DNA of 25,772 nucleotides from Anaerolineae bacterium (GCA_027021705.1 JALUTT010000140.1:1-25772), one strand, 5' to 3'; numbered from the stretch's first letter, positions 8,655 to 17,442 are shown. The notes: generated by a model not told the origin, from the sequence alone. Numbers and translations: made by a program.

Positions 8655-10327
8655 TACACAGCCCCCAGGACCTCCGACCGGGGCGGATCGGCCACGATGA
8701 CCGGCTCCCCCACCCCCCGCAACAGGACGAAACGGCGCTTGCCCTCCCGGCGCTTTTTGTCCCGGCCCATCGCCTCCCAGACGGCCTCAGGGTCGTAGGA
8801 GGGCGGTTCCGTGGGCAACCCTAGCCGCCGGAGCAGCGCCCGGACGCGGGAGACCAGCGTCGCCTCGGCCAACCCCAACCGAACGCTGAGCCGGGCAGCG
8901 CAGACCAGCCCCATCGCCACCGCCTCGCCGTGGCGCAGCCGATAGCCGGAAAGCTGCTCGAAGGCGTGGGCGAAGGTGTGGCCCAGGTTGAGGATCGCCC
9001 GCCGCCCACCCTCGTAGGGATCCTCCTCGACCACAGCGATCTTGACCGCCACCGCCCGCGCCACCAGCCGGGCCGCCTCCTCCGGCTCCCGCAGCGCCTC
9101 GACCCCCGGCAGCGCCTCCAGCACTTCCAACAGGCCGGGGTCGGCCAGGAGCCCGTGCTTGACCACCTCGGACAGGCCGGCCCGCAGCTCCACCGGGGGA
9201 AGCGTGCGCAACGTCTCCGTGTCGGCCACGACGAGGAGGGGCATCTTGAAAGCGCCCACCAGGTTCTTCCCCTCGGGCAGGTCCACCCCCACCTTGCCCC
9301 CCACGCCGGCGTCCACCATCGCCAGGAGCGTCGTCGGACACTGGACGAAGGGAACGCCCCGCAGGTAGGTGGCCGCCGCGAAGCCGGCGGTGTCTCCCAC
9401 CACCCCTCCCCCCAGGGCGACGACGGGGCTGCGCCGGTCCAACCCGGCGGCGACGAAGGCCCGGTAGAGGCCGACCACCTGCTCCAGCGTCTTGTACTCT
9501 TCCCCATCGGGCAGCACGCAACGGGCAGGTGGGTCCAGGGGAGCGTGGAAACCCTCGGTCAGCCGGTCGGCGTAGAGCGGTCCCACCGTCTCGTTGGTGA
9601 CGATGGCGCTCCGACCGGCGAAGCCCCGCTCCACCAGCCATCGCCCCACCCCGGCCAGCAGCCCCGGTCCGATCTGGATGGGGTACTCGCCACCGGGGGC
9701 GCGGACGATGAGGGTCTCCACAGCCTGGAGGGGAGGAGCCGAGGCCCCGGGGTTAGCAGGAGAACGGGGTGATGGAACCGCCGGGTCGCGAGGAGGACGG
9801 CCCGCACGCACGCGGTTCCACAGGTCCAGCACGGCCTCGGCCACCTCCTCGGGGGTGCGCCCCGTCGTCTCCACGTGGTGGGGGATGCGGGCGTAGGCCT
9901 CACGGCGGGCGACCAGCAGCGCCTCTAGCCGGGCACGGCCATCGGGGCCGGCGAGCAGGGGGCGGTCCGCCACGCCGGCCAGCCGTTCCCAGAGGGCCGC
10001 CGGCTCCCCGTCCAGGCAGACGACGAGCCCGCTGGCCTGCATCACCGCCAGGTTCTGCGGATCCACCAACGCCCCCCCACCCGTAGCGATGACCAGCCCC
10101 TCCTGGGCGGCCAACTCCCGGCAGAGGGCCGCCTCCAGCCGGCGGAAGTAGCCCTCACCCTCCTCGGCGAAGATGGTCGCGATGGTCCGGCCCTCCCGCG
10201 CCTCGATGAGCGCGTCCATATCCACGAAGGGCCGCCCCAGCCGCTGGGCCAGGAGCCGCCCCACCGTCGTCTTCCCCGTTCCCATAAAGCCGGTCAGGAT
10301 CAGGTGCGCGTTCTGCCTTTCCCCCAA
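8654..10327 (-). CDS. aroKB: Bifunctional shikimate kinase / 3-dehydroquinate synthase (AroK-AroB fusion)
   Basis: AroK: LTGFMGTGKTTVG, EGEGYFR, IATGGG, RPLL. Pro-rich linker. AroB: DGEEYK, GGGVVGD, RGVPF, PTTLLAMVD, GKNLVGAF, LNLGHTFAHA. Likely TTG start at 10327 after GAGGAGG; the longer ORF-track start overlaps the TPR gene. Confidence 0.93.
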   Translation of the reverse strand: MGERQNAHLILTGFMGTGKTTVGRLLAQRLGRPFVDMDALIEAREGRTIATIFAEEGEGYFRRLEAALCRELAAQEGLVIATGGGALVDPQNLAVMQASGLVVCLDGEPAALWERLAGVADRPLLAGPDGRARLEALLVARREAYARIPHHVETTGRTPEEVAEAVLDLWNRVRAGRPPRDPAVPSPRSPANPGASAPPLQAVETLIVRAPGGEYPIQIGPGLLAGVGRWLVERGFAGRSAIVTNETVGPLYADRLTEGFHAPLDPPARCVLPDGEEYKTLEQVVGLYRAFVAAGLDRRSPVVALGGGVVGDTAGFAAATYLRGVPFVQCPTTLLAMVDAGVGGKVGVDLPEGKNLVGAFKMPLLVVADTETLRTLPPVELRAGLSEVVKHGLLADPGLLEVLEALPGVEALREPEEAARLVARAVAVKIAVVEEDPYEGGRRAILNLGHTFAHAFEQLSGYRLRHGEAVAMGLVCAARLSVRLGLAEATLVSRVRALLRRLGLPTEPPSYDPEAVWEAMGRDKKRREGKRRFVLLRGVGEPVIVADPPRSEVLGAV

Positions 10328-10419
10328 TCGTCCCTCCTCTCTGCCACGGGTACGGAAGCCCGCTCTACAAGGATCGAACGCCCATCCGTTCAACCTGCTC
10401 TCAACCGGTGTTCCATCCC

Positions 10420-11712
10420 TCACCCCTCGGCCCTCAGCACCGCCCTCGTCCGGTCGTTGCCGATGGCGAGGAGGACACACCCCACCACTCGAAGGCCATA
10501 CCACGCCGTTCGCAGCGGGTGGCCGGCCGCCCGGGCCATCGCCATCCGCAGCCGATAGAGCCGCACCAGGGCATCGCATCGCCGCAGACGGCGGGCCAGG
10601 GGATGCGCCCAGGCTATCCGCTGAGAGGCGGCCTCCCCCATCCCCTGCCGTGCCTCCAGCTCGGCCAGGGTGAGCAGGATGTCCAGAACCTTGTGAGGGT
10701 TGCCCAGCCCTTCCCAGAGGTCCAACGCCTGTCCCAGCCAGTCGCGGGCCTGGGCGATCTCCCCCTGATCGGCGTAGAGACGGCCCCGATGCTCGGCGTA
10801 GTCGGCCCGGCCGGCGGTGTCCTCGGCCTGCTCCCAGAGGGCAGCAGCCCGCTCCAGGCACTGCCACGCCTCCTCCCACCGGCACTGGCGACGGTAGAGG
10901 TCGCTCAGGTCGCCCCAGGTATAGGCCAAGCCGGTGATGTCACCCGCCGCCCGGCTCAGGCGCAACGCTTCCCGGTAGCAGCGCTCCGCCTCATCCCAAG
11001 AGCCCAGATCGGTCAGCGGCAGGGCCAGGTGGCTGAAGAAGCGCCCCCGGCTGCGGGAGTAGTCGGGCGTGTCAGGGCAGAGGCGAAGGGCCTGCCGGAA
11101 ACAGTGCACCGCCCGTCGCCACTTCCCCTGACGCCAGCGGACCAGCCCCACCGCGTTCCACACCTGGGCCATCAGGGTCGCCCCATCGGGGAGGCGGCGA
11201 GCCCAGGCGGCCGCCCGGCGATAGCAGCGCAGGGCTTCCCGCCACTCACCCCGGAACCAGTGGACACGCCCTAGGTCGAACCAGGCCGCGGCGATGCCTC
11301 GGGCTTCGCGACCCCGGCGGAAGGCCTCCAGGGCACGTCGGTGGACCTGGAGGGCCTGCTCCCATTGACCGCTGCCGCAATAGGCGTTCCCCAGGCAACG
11401 GAGCACGTGACCACGCAACGCCGAGCTCTCCTGGCGGGTCAACGCCTCGGCGATCCGCTCCAGGTAGGCGGCCCAACTGCGCCACCGGCCCTGCCGCAGC
11501 ATGTAGTCCTCCAGGGCCAGGGCGATGCGGGCGGCCCTCGGCCAATCGCCGGCATACTCGCCGCAGGCCACCATCGCCTGCAGGAGGTTGTCCCGCTGGC
11601 GGTCCAGCGCCTCCAGGTCGCCCCGATGGCGGTGGAGGTAGTCCAGGCTGAAAGCGGCCAGTCGGAGCACCTGTTCGGAGAAGAGGCGCCGCCGGGCCTC
11701 AACCGTCTCCAT
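10420..11712 (-). CDS. Tetratricopeptide repeat protein (STAND-type sensor domain encoded as a separate gene)
   Basis: Repeated LG..(Y/H)...G.W.EA..CY..AL helices. RBS GGAGGTG. 14-bp overlap with the upstream NB-ARC gene. Confidence 0.88.
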   Translation of the reverse strand: METVEARRRLFSEQVLRLAAFSLDYLHRHRGDLEALDRQRDNLLQAMVACGEYAGDWPRAARIALALEDYMLRQGRWRSWAAYLERIAEALTRQESSALRGHVLRCLGNAYCGSGQWEQALQVHRRALEAFRRGREARGIAAAWFDLGRVHWFRGEWREALRCYRRAAAWARRLPDGATLMAQVWNAVGLVRWRQGKWRRAVHCFRQALRLCPDTPDYSRSRGRFFSHLALPLTDLGSWDEAERCYREALRLSRAAGDITGLAYTWGDLSDLYRRQCRWEEAWQCLERAAALWEQAEDTAGRADYAEHRGRLYADQGEIAQARDWLGQALDLWEGLGNPHKVLDILLTLAELEARQGMGEAASQRIAWAHPLARRLRRCDALVRLYRLRMAMARAAGHPLRTAWYGLRVVGCVLLAIGNDRTRAVLRAEG

Positions 11713-13153
11713 CCGCTTCCCACCTCCCCAGCAGCTCGCTCATCACAAAGGTGTGGGTCAGTTGATGGATGGTGTACCGTTTCGTCGCCCGCCCGGCAAC
11801 CTGGAGGAGCGACATCTCGACCAGTTGCTCGATGGCCCGGTCCAGCCGGTCGTTGGGGAGCGCCGTAGCCGCCTGCAGGTTCTCCCAGTAAGCTCCGCTG
11901 GGGGCCAGCGCCGGCATCGCCAGGAGCACCCGCCGTGCGTCGTCGTCCAGCACCTCCCAGGAACGCCAGTAGATGAAGCGGTAGAGGTCCTCGTACCGGC
12001 GTCCCGTCGCTTCCTTCAACGCGGCGAGTACCCGGTTCAGGGGCAGGAAGCGAGCCTGACCGACGACCAGCTTGATGGCCAGGGGATTGCCTCCGGTCAC
12101 AGCGTAGACTTGGGCGAGGGCTTCATCGTCCGCTTCGGCCAAGGAGGCCACGCCCCGCCATCGGGCCTCGTACCGCATCAGGGCTATGCTATCGGTCTCG
12201 CTCAGCTCGCCCAGGGTAAGGCAGAAGACGGTGGGATGCCGTCCCAGGCTGTGGCGGCTGGTGAGGAGAAAACGGGTGGGATTCGCCAGCTCCCACAGGC
12301 GGGGGATCAGGACCTCCCGGTCGGCCATCGCCTCCAGGTTGTCCACGACGACCAGGTAGGGCTTGGCCTGGAGCAGGCTCTGAAGCCGGGCCAGCTTCTG
12401 GGGGAGGGGCCGACGGACCAACTCGGGTCGGTCCAACTGGACGGCGAGCCGGTCCAGGAATGCCTCGAAGGTGAGAGACGGCCCCTCCTCCCCCGGCCCG
12501 ACGAGCCCAATCCAGGTGGCAAAGCGATAGGGATGGGCCGTGATCCAGAAGACGTCGGCGAAACGGTCCTCTTTGGCCGCCCACGTTGCCAGTTGGTGGG
12601 CCAGTGCCGTCTTGCCCAGCCCCCCTAGCCCCTCGATGCTGATCAGCCAGGGGCCTGGGGCGGTCAGGAGGGCCCGGAGCTGGGCCAAGATGGCTTCCAC
12701 GCCGAAGAGGCGGGCGTAGGTTGGTGGTGGCAGGTGGCGCTGCCGATGGCGTTGGCGCTGAAGAGCCTGCCGTTGGGCCTCCTGCTCGATGCGCCAGAGG
12801 TGATGGGTCAGGGCTTGGAGAGCCTGGCTCTGACGGCTGTAGAGGGTGCTCTCCCCCACCCCCTGCTGATAGGCAAGCTGGACCACGCTCTTCTGGCGCC
12901 AGAAACGCTGCTCCAGGAGGGTGGCAGCGGTCACATCCTGAGCCATCAAGGATTCCAGGGCCTGCCTCAGGACACGCCGCAGGGCCATCGCCCGCCCCAG
13001 AGGGGTATCGGGCAGCCCTTCCCGGCGGCGCACCTCTCCGACAGCGGTCAGTTCGACCAGCGGATGTCTGCCCAGGTCCCGGTCACGGTGAAGGCGTTTG
13101 AGCGCGGTGTGGACGGTCTGGGTGAAGTGAGCATCCAGGGACCACGAGGCCAT
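11699..13153 (-). CDS. STAND/NB-ARC ATPase with N-terminal HTH-like region and C-terminal winged helix; no fused sensor repeats
   Basis: LFG motif, Walker A GLGGLGKT, Walker B LVVVDNLE, LLTSR, GGNPLAI, terminal IHQL (MHD-like). N-terminal LEQRF...SVVQLA...GVGESTLYSRQ..AL resembles a sigma region 4/LuxR-type HTH. Start uncertain (13153 or up to 13252). Confidence 0.85.
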   Translation of the reverse strand: MASWSLDAHFTQTVHTALKRLHRDRDLGRHPLVELTAVGEVRRREGLPDTPLGRAMALRRVLRQALESLMAQDVTAATLLEQRFWRQKSVVQLAYQQGVGESTLYSRQSQALQALTHHLWRIEQEAQRQALQRQRHRQRHLPPPTYARLFGVEAILAQLRALLTAPGPWLISIEGLGGLGKTALAHQLATWAAKEDRFADVFWITAHPYRFATWIGLVGPGEEGPSLTFEAFLDRLAVQLDRPELVRRPLPQKLARLQSLLQAKPYLVVVDNLEAMADREVLIPRLWELANPTRFLLTSRHSLGRHPTVFCLTLGELSETDSIALMRYEARWRGVASLAEADDEALAQVYAVTGGNPLAIKLVVGQARFLPLNRVLAALKEATGRRYEDLYRFIYWRSWEVLDDDARRVLLAMPALAPSGAYWENLQAATALPNDRLDRAIEQLVEMSLLQVAGRATKRYTIHQLTHTFVMSELLGRWEADGDG

Positions 13154-13162
13154 AGGCTGCAA

Positions 13163-13226
13163 TGGAGGTCTGCCGGAGATTTCTCGGAGGTTTTCCAGAG
13201 AAACCTCCGCCCCAACAGGGTATGCT
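13163..13226 (+). promoter_or_regulatory. Four 11-bp-phased direct repeats followed by candidate -10 TATGCT
   Basis: tGGAGgtctgc, cGGAGatttct, cGGAGgttttc, cAGAGaaacct at 13163, 13174, 13185, 13196. TATGCT at 13221-13226. Confidence 0.5.
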
Positions 13227-13233
13227 ATAGGGC

Positions 13234-13482
13234 AGGGGGCAGCCCGGACCAAACCCCGGCGTGCGACAGGAGATCGGGGGTCTCACCAGGGCTGTCCCCT
13301 TCTTTGCGGAATCGGTCCGTCGGTTCGGGATTATTGTACCACAAGGCCGGTAAGTCAGACAAGGCCGACGCCGACGTAGCTGTTCACCCTCCCGCAGGTT
13401 AGGCGCATTTCCGACTCGAAACCGTGTTTCAAATAGCCCATCGGGGCTGAAAGCGCCCTCGACCAGTGACCTGCGGGAGGGT
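13234..13482 (+). ncRNA. Candidate structured 5' leader / ncRNA with two long stems
   Basis: 12-bp stem 13234-13245/13289-13300 and 16-bp stem 13386-13401/13467-13482 enclosing inner hairpins. The single imperfect pair in each is G-U on the + strand. Confidence 0.4.
13333..13362 (-). promoter_or_regulatory. Putative promoter of the NB-ARC/TPR operon
   Basis: TTGTCT-18 bp-TACAAT with TGn extension on the minus strand. Confidence 0.55.
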
Positions 13483-13520
13483 AGGCTGAATAGATAGACG
13501 CTGACAAGGAGGTGATTGCG

Positions 13521-14723
13521 ATGAAGCATCTCAAGGCTTTGGGGATCGTTCTCGGACTGGTCGTAGTGCTGACGCTGGCGGTGAGCCTCACGCTGGCCCA
13601 AGGGCCGGGGCCGGCAGAGCAAGTCTCCCCCCAGGGGGAAGTCTCGGTCCAAGGAACGGTGAGTAGCAAGATCTCCTACCAGGGTGTGCTCAGGGAGAAC
13701 GGCAACCCGGTGAACGGCACGCGGACCATCACCTTCACCCTCTACTCCGATGATACCTGCGCCACCGAGGTGGATTCCATCGTCAAGAGCGGGGTGCCCA
13801 TCACCAACGGGCTCTTCAGCGTAGAGTTGAACGTAAACCACGATGACTTCAACGGCCGGTCCCTGTGGCTGGGCGTGGAGGTAGACGGCACCACGGTGGG
13901 GTGCCAGGAGATCCTGCCCGTTCCCTATGCCCTGAGTCTGAAACCGGGGGCGGTGATCAGCGACAGCGACGCCTACGTGGGGGTGAACTACTCCTACAGT
14001 TGGGGCCAACCTCTCCCCATCTACGCGAACGTATACGGGCTATACGCCGAGACCAAGGGAAACAACATCACCGCCTGGTACTACGGCGTGTACGGCTCCT
14101 CGGAATCCGACCACGGCTACGGGGGGTTCTTCAAGAACAGCCACAGCAGTGGAGCCGGCCTCTATGCCATAGGTGGGAGCGACAGCGCAGCCGACTTGGT
14201 GCTGGGGGCCAACTCCGACACCAATGACAACGGCGTTATCGCCTCCGACCCCAATCGGAGCAGCAGCGACATCGTGCTGAAAAGCAACGACAACGTGCGC
14301 ATTGACCTGGACAACGATCAGAGTGGTGAGGACGCGGACTTCGAGATCTACGACAAGGACGACAATCTGATCTTCGACGTAGACGAGAGCGGGGATGTCT
14401 CCCAGCCCTTGACCGCCGACGGCCTGGTCAAGGCGGCCGTCTACGCCAACTGCCGGTCCTCGGGGTCCAGCGTCTTCCGCTCCTTCAACCGGGTCAACGG
14501 CCAGGCGATCACCATCGCCAACGGCACGAGCGCCGGCCGCTGTTCCCTCACCTTCAACTTCGACCTGAGCAGCCGCTTCTGGGTGGCGATGCCCGCCTAC
14601 ACGGGTGCGGCCCGCACCGTCAGTTGCGAGATTGACGCCGGGAACACCCAGAAGCTCAACTGCGCTCGCTTTGACGTCAACGGAAACGGTGTGGACGGCA
14701 ACATTATGGTGTTGGTCTACTAG
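13521..14723 (+). CDS. Secreted beta-rich protein with ISYQG.L...GLFSV.L...WL.VEV...VPYAL N-terminal module (fibre/adhesin-like, function unknown)
   Basis: RBS AAGGAGGTGA at 13506-13515; signal peptide ending TLA-Q; central YGLYA/YGVYG/YGGFF/AGLYA repeats; Cys-containing C-terminal domain. Confidence 0.8.
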   Translation: MKHLKALGIVLGLVVVLTLAVSLTLAQGPGPAEQVSPQGEVSVQGTVSSKISYQGVLRENGNPVNGTRTITFTLYSDDTCATEVDSIVKSGVPITNGLFSVELNVNHDDFNGRSLWLGVEVDGTTVGCQEILPVPYALSLKPGAVISDSDAYVGVNYSYSWGQPLPIYANVYGLYAETKGNNITAWYYGVYGSSESDHGYGGFFKNSHSSGAGLYAIGGSDSAADLVLGANSDTNDNGVIASDPNRSSSDIVLKSNDNVRIDLDNDQSGEDADFEIYDKDDNLIFDVDESGDVSQPLTADGLVKAAVYANCRSSGSSVFRSFNRVNGQAITIANGTSAGRCSLTFNFDLSSRFWVAMPAYTGAARTVSCEIDAGNTQKLNCARFDVNGNGVDGNIMVLVY

Positions 14724-14772
14724 TACCTCATCAAACGGACTTTGCCAAACCGCTTGCGGAATCGTCGTCTCT

Positions 14773-14973
14773 CATCCGCTCAATCCGTTTTCAAATCCGT
14801 TGACAGTTATCCGCTCCAAGACGGACGGCTGTCAACGGATTCGGGGAGCGGATTGAACGGATTGCTTGCGGAGCAGCCGCCTCCCATCCGCTCAATCCGT
14901 TTTCAAATCCGTTGACAGTTATCCGCTCCAAGACGGACGGCTGTCAACGGATTCGGGGAGCGGATTGAACGGA
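14773..14973. repeat. Two identical 89-bp REP/MITE-like palindromic elements (112-bp period)
   Basis: CATCCGCTCAATCCG...AATCCGTTGACAG...CTGTCAACGGATT...CGGATTGAACGGA at 14773-14861 and 14885-14973. Confidence 0.92.
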
Positions 14974-15059
14974 GAGGGGTGCTCCCATAGGAGATGAACC
15001 AACGGGTCGGAATCATCTTGATGAGGTACTAGTCGGAGCGGTGAAAAGGAGGCGAAGGG

Positions 15060-15338
15060 ATGGACAAGCGGATCCTGATGATCGTGGTGGGCCTCCTCCT
15101 CGGCAGCCTCCTGCTGACCACGGCCACCCTGGCCGGCGGCGGCCATACCCTCTCCTGGAGCGTCCTGGGGGGTGGGGGCGGGTCCGTTGGGAGCGGCGGC
15201 ATCACCTTGGACGGGACCATCGGCCAGCCAGTGGTGGGGCAGGTCGGCGACTCATCCTACACGCTCTGTGCCGGCTTCTGGTGTGGGGTGGCGGGAGAGT
15301 ACCGGGTCTACCTGCCGGTGGTGCTGCGGGGAGCGTAG
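15060..15338 (+). CDS. Small secreted Gly-rich protein (W...GGGG...L.GTIGQP...Y.L..GFW) with C-terminal YLPVVLR motif
   Basis: RBS AAAGGAGG; signal peptide ending TLA-G; GC-rich third positions. Confidence 0.82.
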   Translation: MDKRILMIVVGLLLGSLLLTTATLAGGGHTLSWSVLGGGGGSVGSGGITLDGTIGQPVVGQVGDSSYTLCAGFWCGVAGEYRVYLPVVLRGA

Positions 15339-15363
15339 GCCCTTATCGCGCCGGGCAGCAGTC

Positions 15364-15398
15364 GAGCGGGGTCCCCAGCGGCCCCGCTCCTCTGTTTC
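15364..15398 (+). terminator. Possible intrinsic terminator
   Basis: GAGCGGGGTC / GGCCCCGCTC stem followed by a weak pyrimidine tail CTCTGTTTC. Confidence 0.45.
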
Positions 15399-15506
15399 CT
15401 CGGTCCTAGCAGCGCAGGGGCGGAGTGGCCTGATGGCCGTCGGCAGTTCTCTATCGTGGACTCCCCATCCGCGGCAGTCTCTCGGCAGCCCGCCCCGGCA
15501 GCGCGT

Positions 15507-15535
15507 TTGACATTTCTCCCTCTCCGTGGTATGAT
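15507..15535 (+). promoter_or_regulatory. Sigma70/SigA promoter of the hrcA operon
   Basis: TTGACA-17 bp-TATGAT with TGn extension. Confidence 0.9.
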
Positions 15536-15552
15536 TTGCCAGGTGTCACGAT

Positions 15553-15579
15553 TTAGCACTCTCAACTTGAGAGTGCTAA
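15553..15579. promoter_or_regulatory. CIRCE operator (HrcA binding site)
   Basis: Exact TTAGCACTC-N9-GAGTGCTAA between the promoter and hrcA. Confidence 0.98.
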
Positions 15580-15601
15580 ATCGTCTAAGAGGTGTGCACG
15601 T

Positions 15602-16669
15602 ATGGGGAGGCCAGGTGTGGGTCCTTATGAGGCTTCTGAAGCAAGGATGCTGACCCCCCGGCAGCAGATGATCCTGGGGCTGGTGATCCGCCAGTACGTG
15701 GCCCAGGCCCGGCCGGTCAGCTCGCGGGCCGTCGTCGAGGCCTACAACCTGCCCTTCAGTCCGGCGACGGTGCGCAACGAGATGGCCCGGCTGGAGGAGT
15801 TGGGCTACCTCACCCACCCCCACACCTCCGCCGGTCGGGTGCCCACCGACCTGGGCTACCGCTACTTCGTGCAGCGGCTCCTGGGCGAGACGGCCCTCTC
15901 GCCGGCCGAAGAACGGATGATCCGCCACCAGTTCTACCAGGCCCAGCGGGAGATGGGGCAATGGCTGCGCCTGGCGGCCAGCACCCTGGCCCGCACCGTG
16001 CGGACCGTCTCGCTGGTCACCGCCCCCCGGGCCGAGCAGGCCCGCTTCCGCCACCTGGAGCTGATCTCCACCCGAGGTCGGCTGGTCCTGCTCATCCTCG
16101 TCCTCCAGGGGGGCACCGTCCAGCAGCAGATGCTCACCCTGGCGGAGCCCCTGAGCCAGGACCGTCTCAGCCAGACGGCCCAACGGCTCAACGACCTTTG
16201 TGCCGACAAGACCATCGCCGAGATCGAAGCCCAGGCTCGCAACCTCCCCACCCTGGAGGCCGAGGTCTGCGACCTGGTGCTGGAGATAATGCGGGATGTC
16301 GAGAGCCGCGCCATCCCCGAGGTCTACCGAGACGGCCTGACCGAGGTCCTCCAGGAGCCCGAGTTCACGGAAAGCGAGAGCGCCCAGAAGCTGCTTCGGC
16401 TGCTGGAGGAGGAAAGCCTGCTGGCCGAGGTGCTCAACGAGGCCCTCTCCCCCTCGGCCGACGGCGTGCAGGTGCTCATCGGAGGCGAAGGGCGGTGGGA
16501 AGCCCTGAGCCATTGCAGCATGGTCCTGGCCCGCTACGGCATCCCCGGCACCATCACGGGAGCCCTGGGGGTGCTGGGGCCGACGCGGATGCGGTACGGA
16601 CGGGCCATCTCCGCCGTGCGCTACATCGCCGATCTGATGACCGACCTGGTCTACGAACTCTTCGTCTAG
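15602..16669 (+). CDS. hrcA: Heat-inducible transcription repressor HrcA
   Basis: LT.RQ..IL, PVSS, SPATVRNEM..LEELGYL..PHTSAGRVPTDLGYR.FV, GVLGPTRM.Y. Start could be 15602, 15617 or 15647. Confidence 0.97.
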   Translation: MGRPGVGPYEASEARMLTPRQQMILGLVIRQYVAQARPVSSRAVVEAYNLPFSPATVRNEMARLEELGYLTHPHTSAGRVPTDLGYRYFVQRLLGETALSPAEERMIRHQFYQAQREMGQWLRLAASTLARTVRTVSLVTAPRAEQARFRHLELISTRGRLVLLILVLQGGTVQQQMLTLAEPLSQDRLSQTAQRLNDLCADKTIAEIEAQARNLPTLEAEVCDLVLEIMRDVESRAIPEVYRDGLTEVLQEPEFTESESAQKLLRLLEEESLLAEVLNEALSPSADGVQVLIGGEGRWEALSHCSMVLARYGIPGTITGALGVLGPTRMRYGRAISAVRYIADLMTDLVYELFV

Positions 16670-16738
16670 CGCGGCCTGAACGGCGAAGGGAACCGACCCT
16701 TCGCGGAACCGAAACCCTGAGCGAGGAGGTGATGCACC

Positions 16739-17422
16739 GTGACAGAAGCCGAGGAGACCACCCAAACCACCCCCTCACCTTCGGAAGCGGTAGAGCAGGC
16801 TGAGCAGGAGAACCCCGCTCCGGCCGCCGAGGCGGTCGCTCCCCCGCCGGAGGCCCCTCCCGAAGCCCCGCCGGAGGAGGTGGAGTCGCCGGAGGAGGAG
16901 CTGGCCCGGCTGCGCCAGGAACTGGAGGAGGCGAAAGCCCAGGCCGCCGAGTACCTGGACGGCTGGCAGCGGGCGCGGGCCGAGTTCGCCAACTACAGGA
17001 AGCGCCAGGCCGCCGAGCGGGAGGAGCTAATCCAGACGGCCAACGCTACCCTCCTGAGCCGGCTGCTCCCCATCCTGGACGACTTCGAGCGGGCCTTCGC
17101 CACCCTGCCCCAGGGCCTGCAGGCCCTGACCTGGATCGAGGGGATCCTCCTGATCCAGCGCAAGCTCCAGATGATCCTCGAAGCGGAAGGCGTCAAGCCC
17201 ATCGAAGTCAAGCCCGGCGATCCCTTCGACCCCCTCTACCACGAGGCCGTGACCTACGAGGAGAGCGAGGCCTTCGACGAAGGCCAGATCATCGGTGAGG
17301 TGCAGAAGGGGTACCGGCTGAAGGATCGCGTGCTCCGTCCGGCCCTGGTCCGGGTGGCCAAGGCCAAGCCCCGGCCGGCGGAGAAGGCGGAAACCACGGA
17401 TTCCGGCGATGAGACCTCTTGA
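16739..17422 (+). CDS. grpE: Nucleotide exchange factor GrpE
   Basis: RARAEFANYRKR, LLPILDDFERA, FDPLYHEAV, QKGYRLKDRVLRPALVRV; RBS GAGGAGGTG. Confidence 0.97.
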   Translation: MTEAEETTQTTPSPSEAVEQAEQENPAPAAEAVAPPPEAPPEAPPEEVESPEEELARLRQELEEAKAQAAEYLDGWQRARAEFANYRKRQAAEREELIQTANATLLSRLLPILDDFERAFATLPQGLQALTWIEGILLIQRKLQMILEAEGVKPIEVKPGDPFDPLYHEAVTYEESEAFDEGQIIGEVQKGYRLKDRVLRPALVRVAKAKPRPAEKAETTDSGDETS

Positions 17423-17442
17423 ACAACGTCCTGTCTGCGGCG

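Noticed and set aside
10328..10885. 186-aa N-terminal extension of AroKB in the ORF track
   Set aside because: It overlaps the TPR gene in another frame and is low-complexity; a good RBS precedes TTG 10327.
13234..13482. Known riboswitch (c-di-GMP or c-di-AMP classes)
   Set aside because: I could not find their consensus motifs by eye, so it is kept only as an unknown structured leader.
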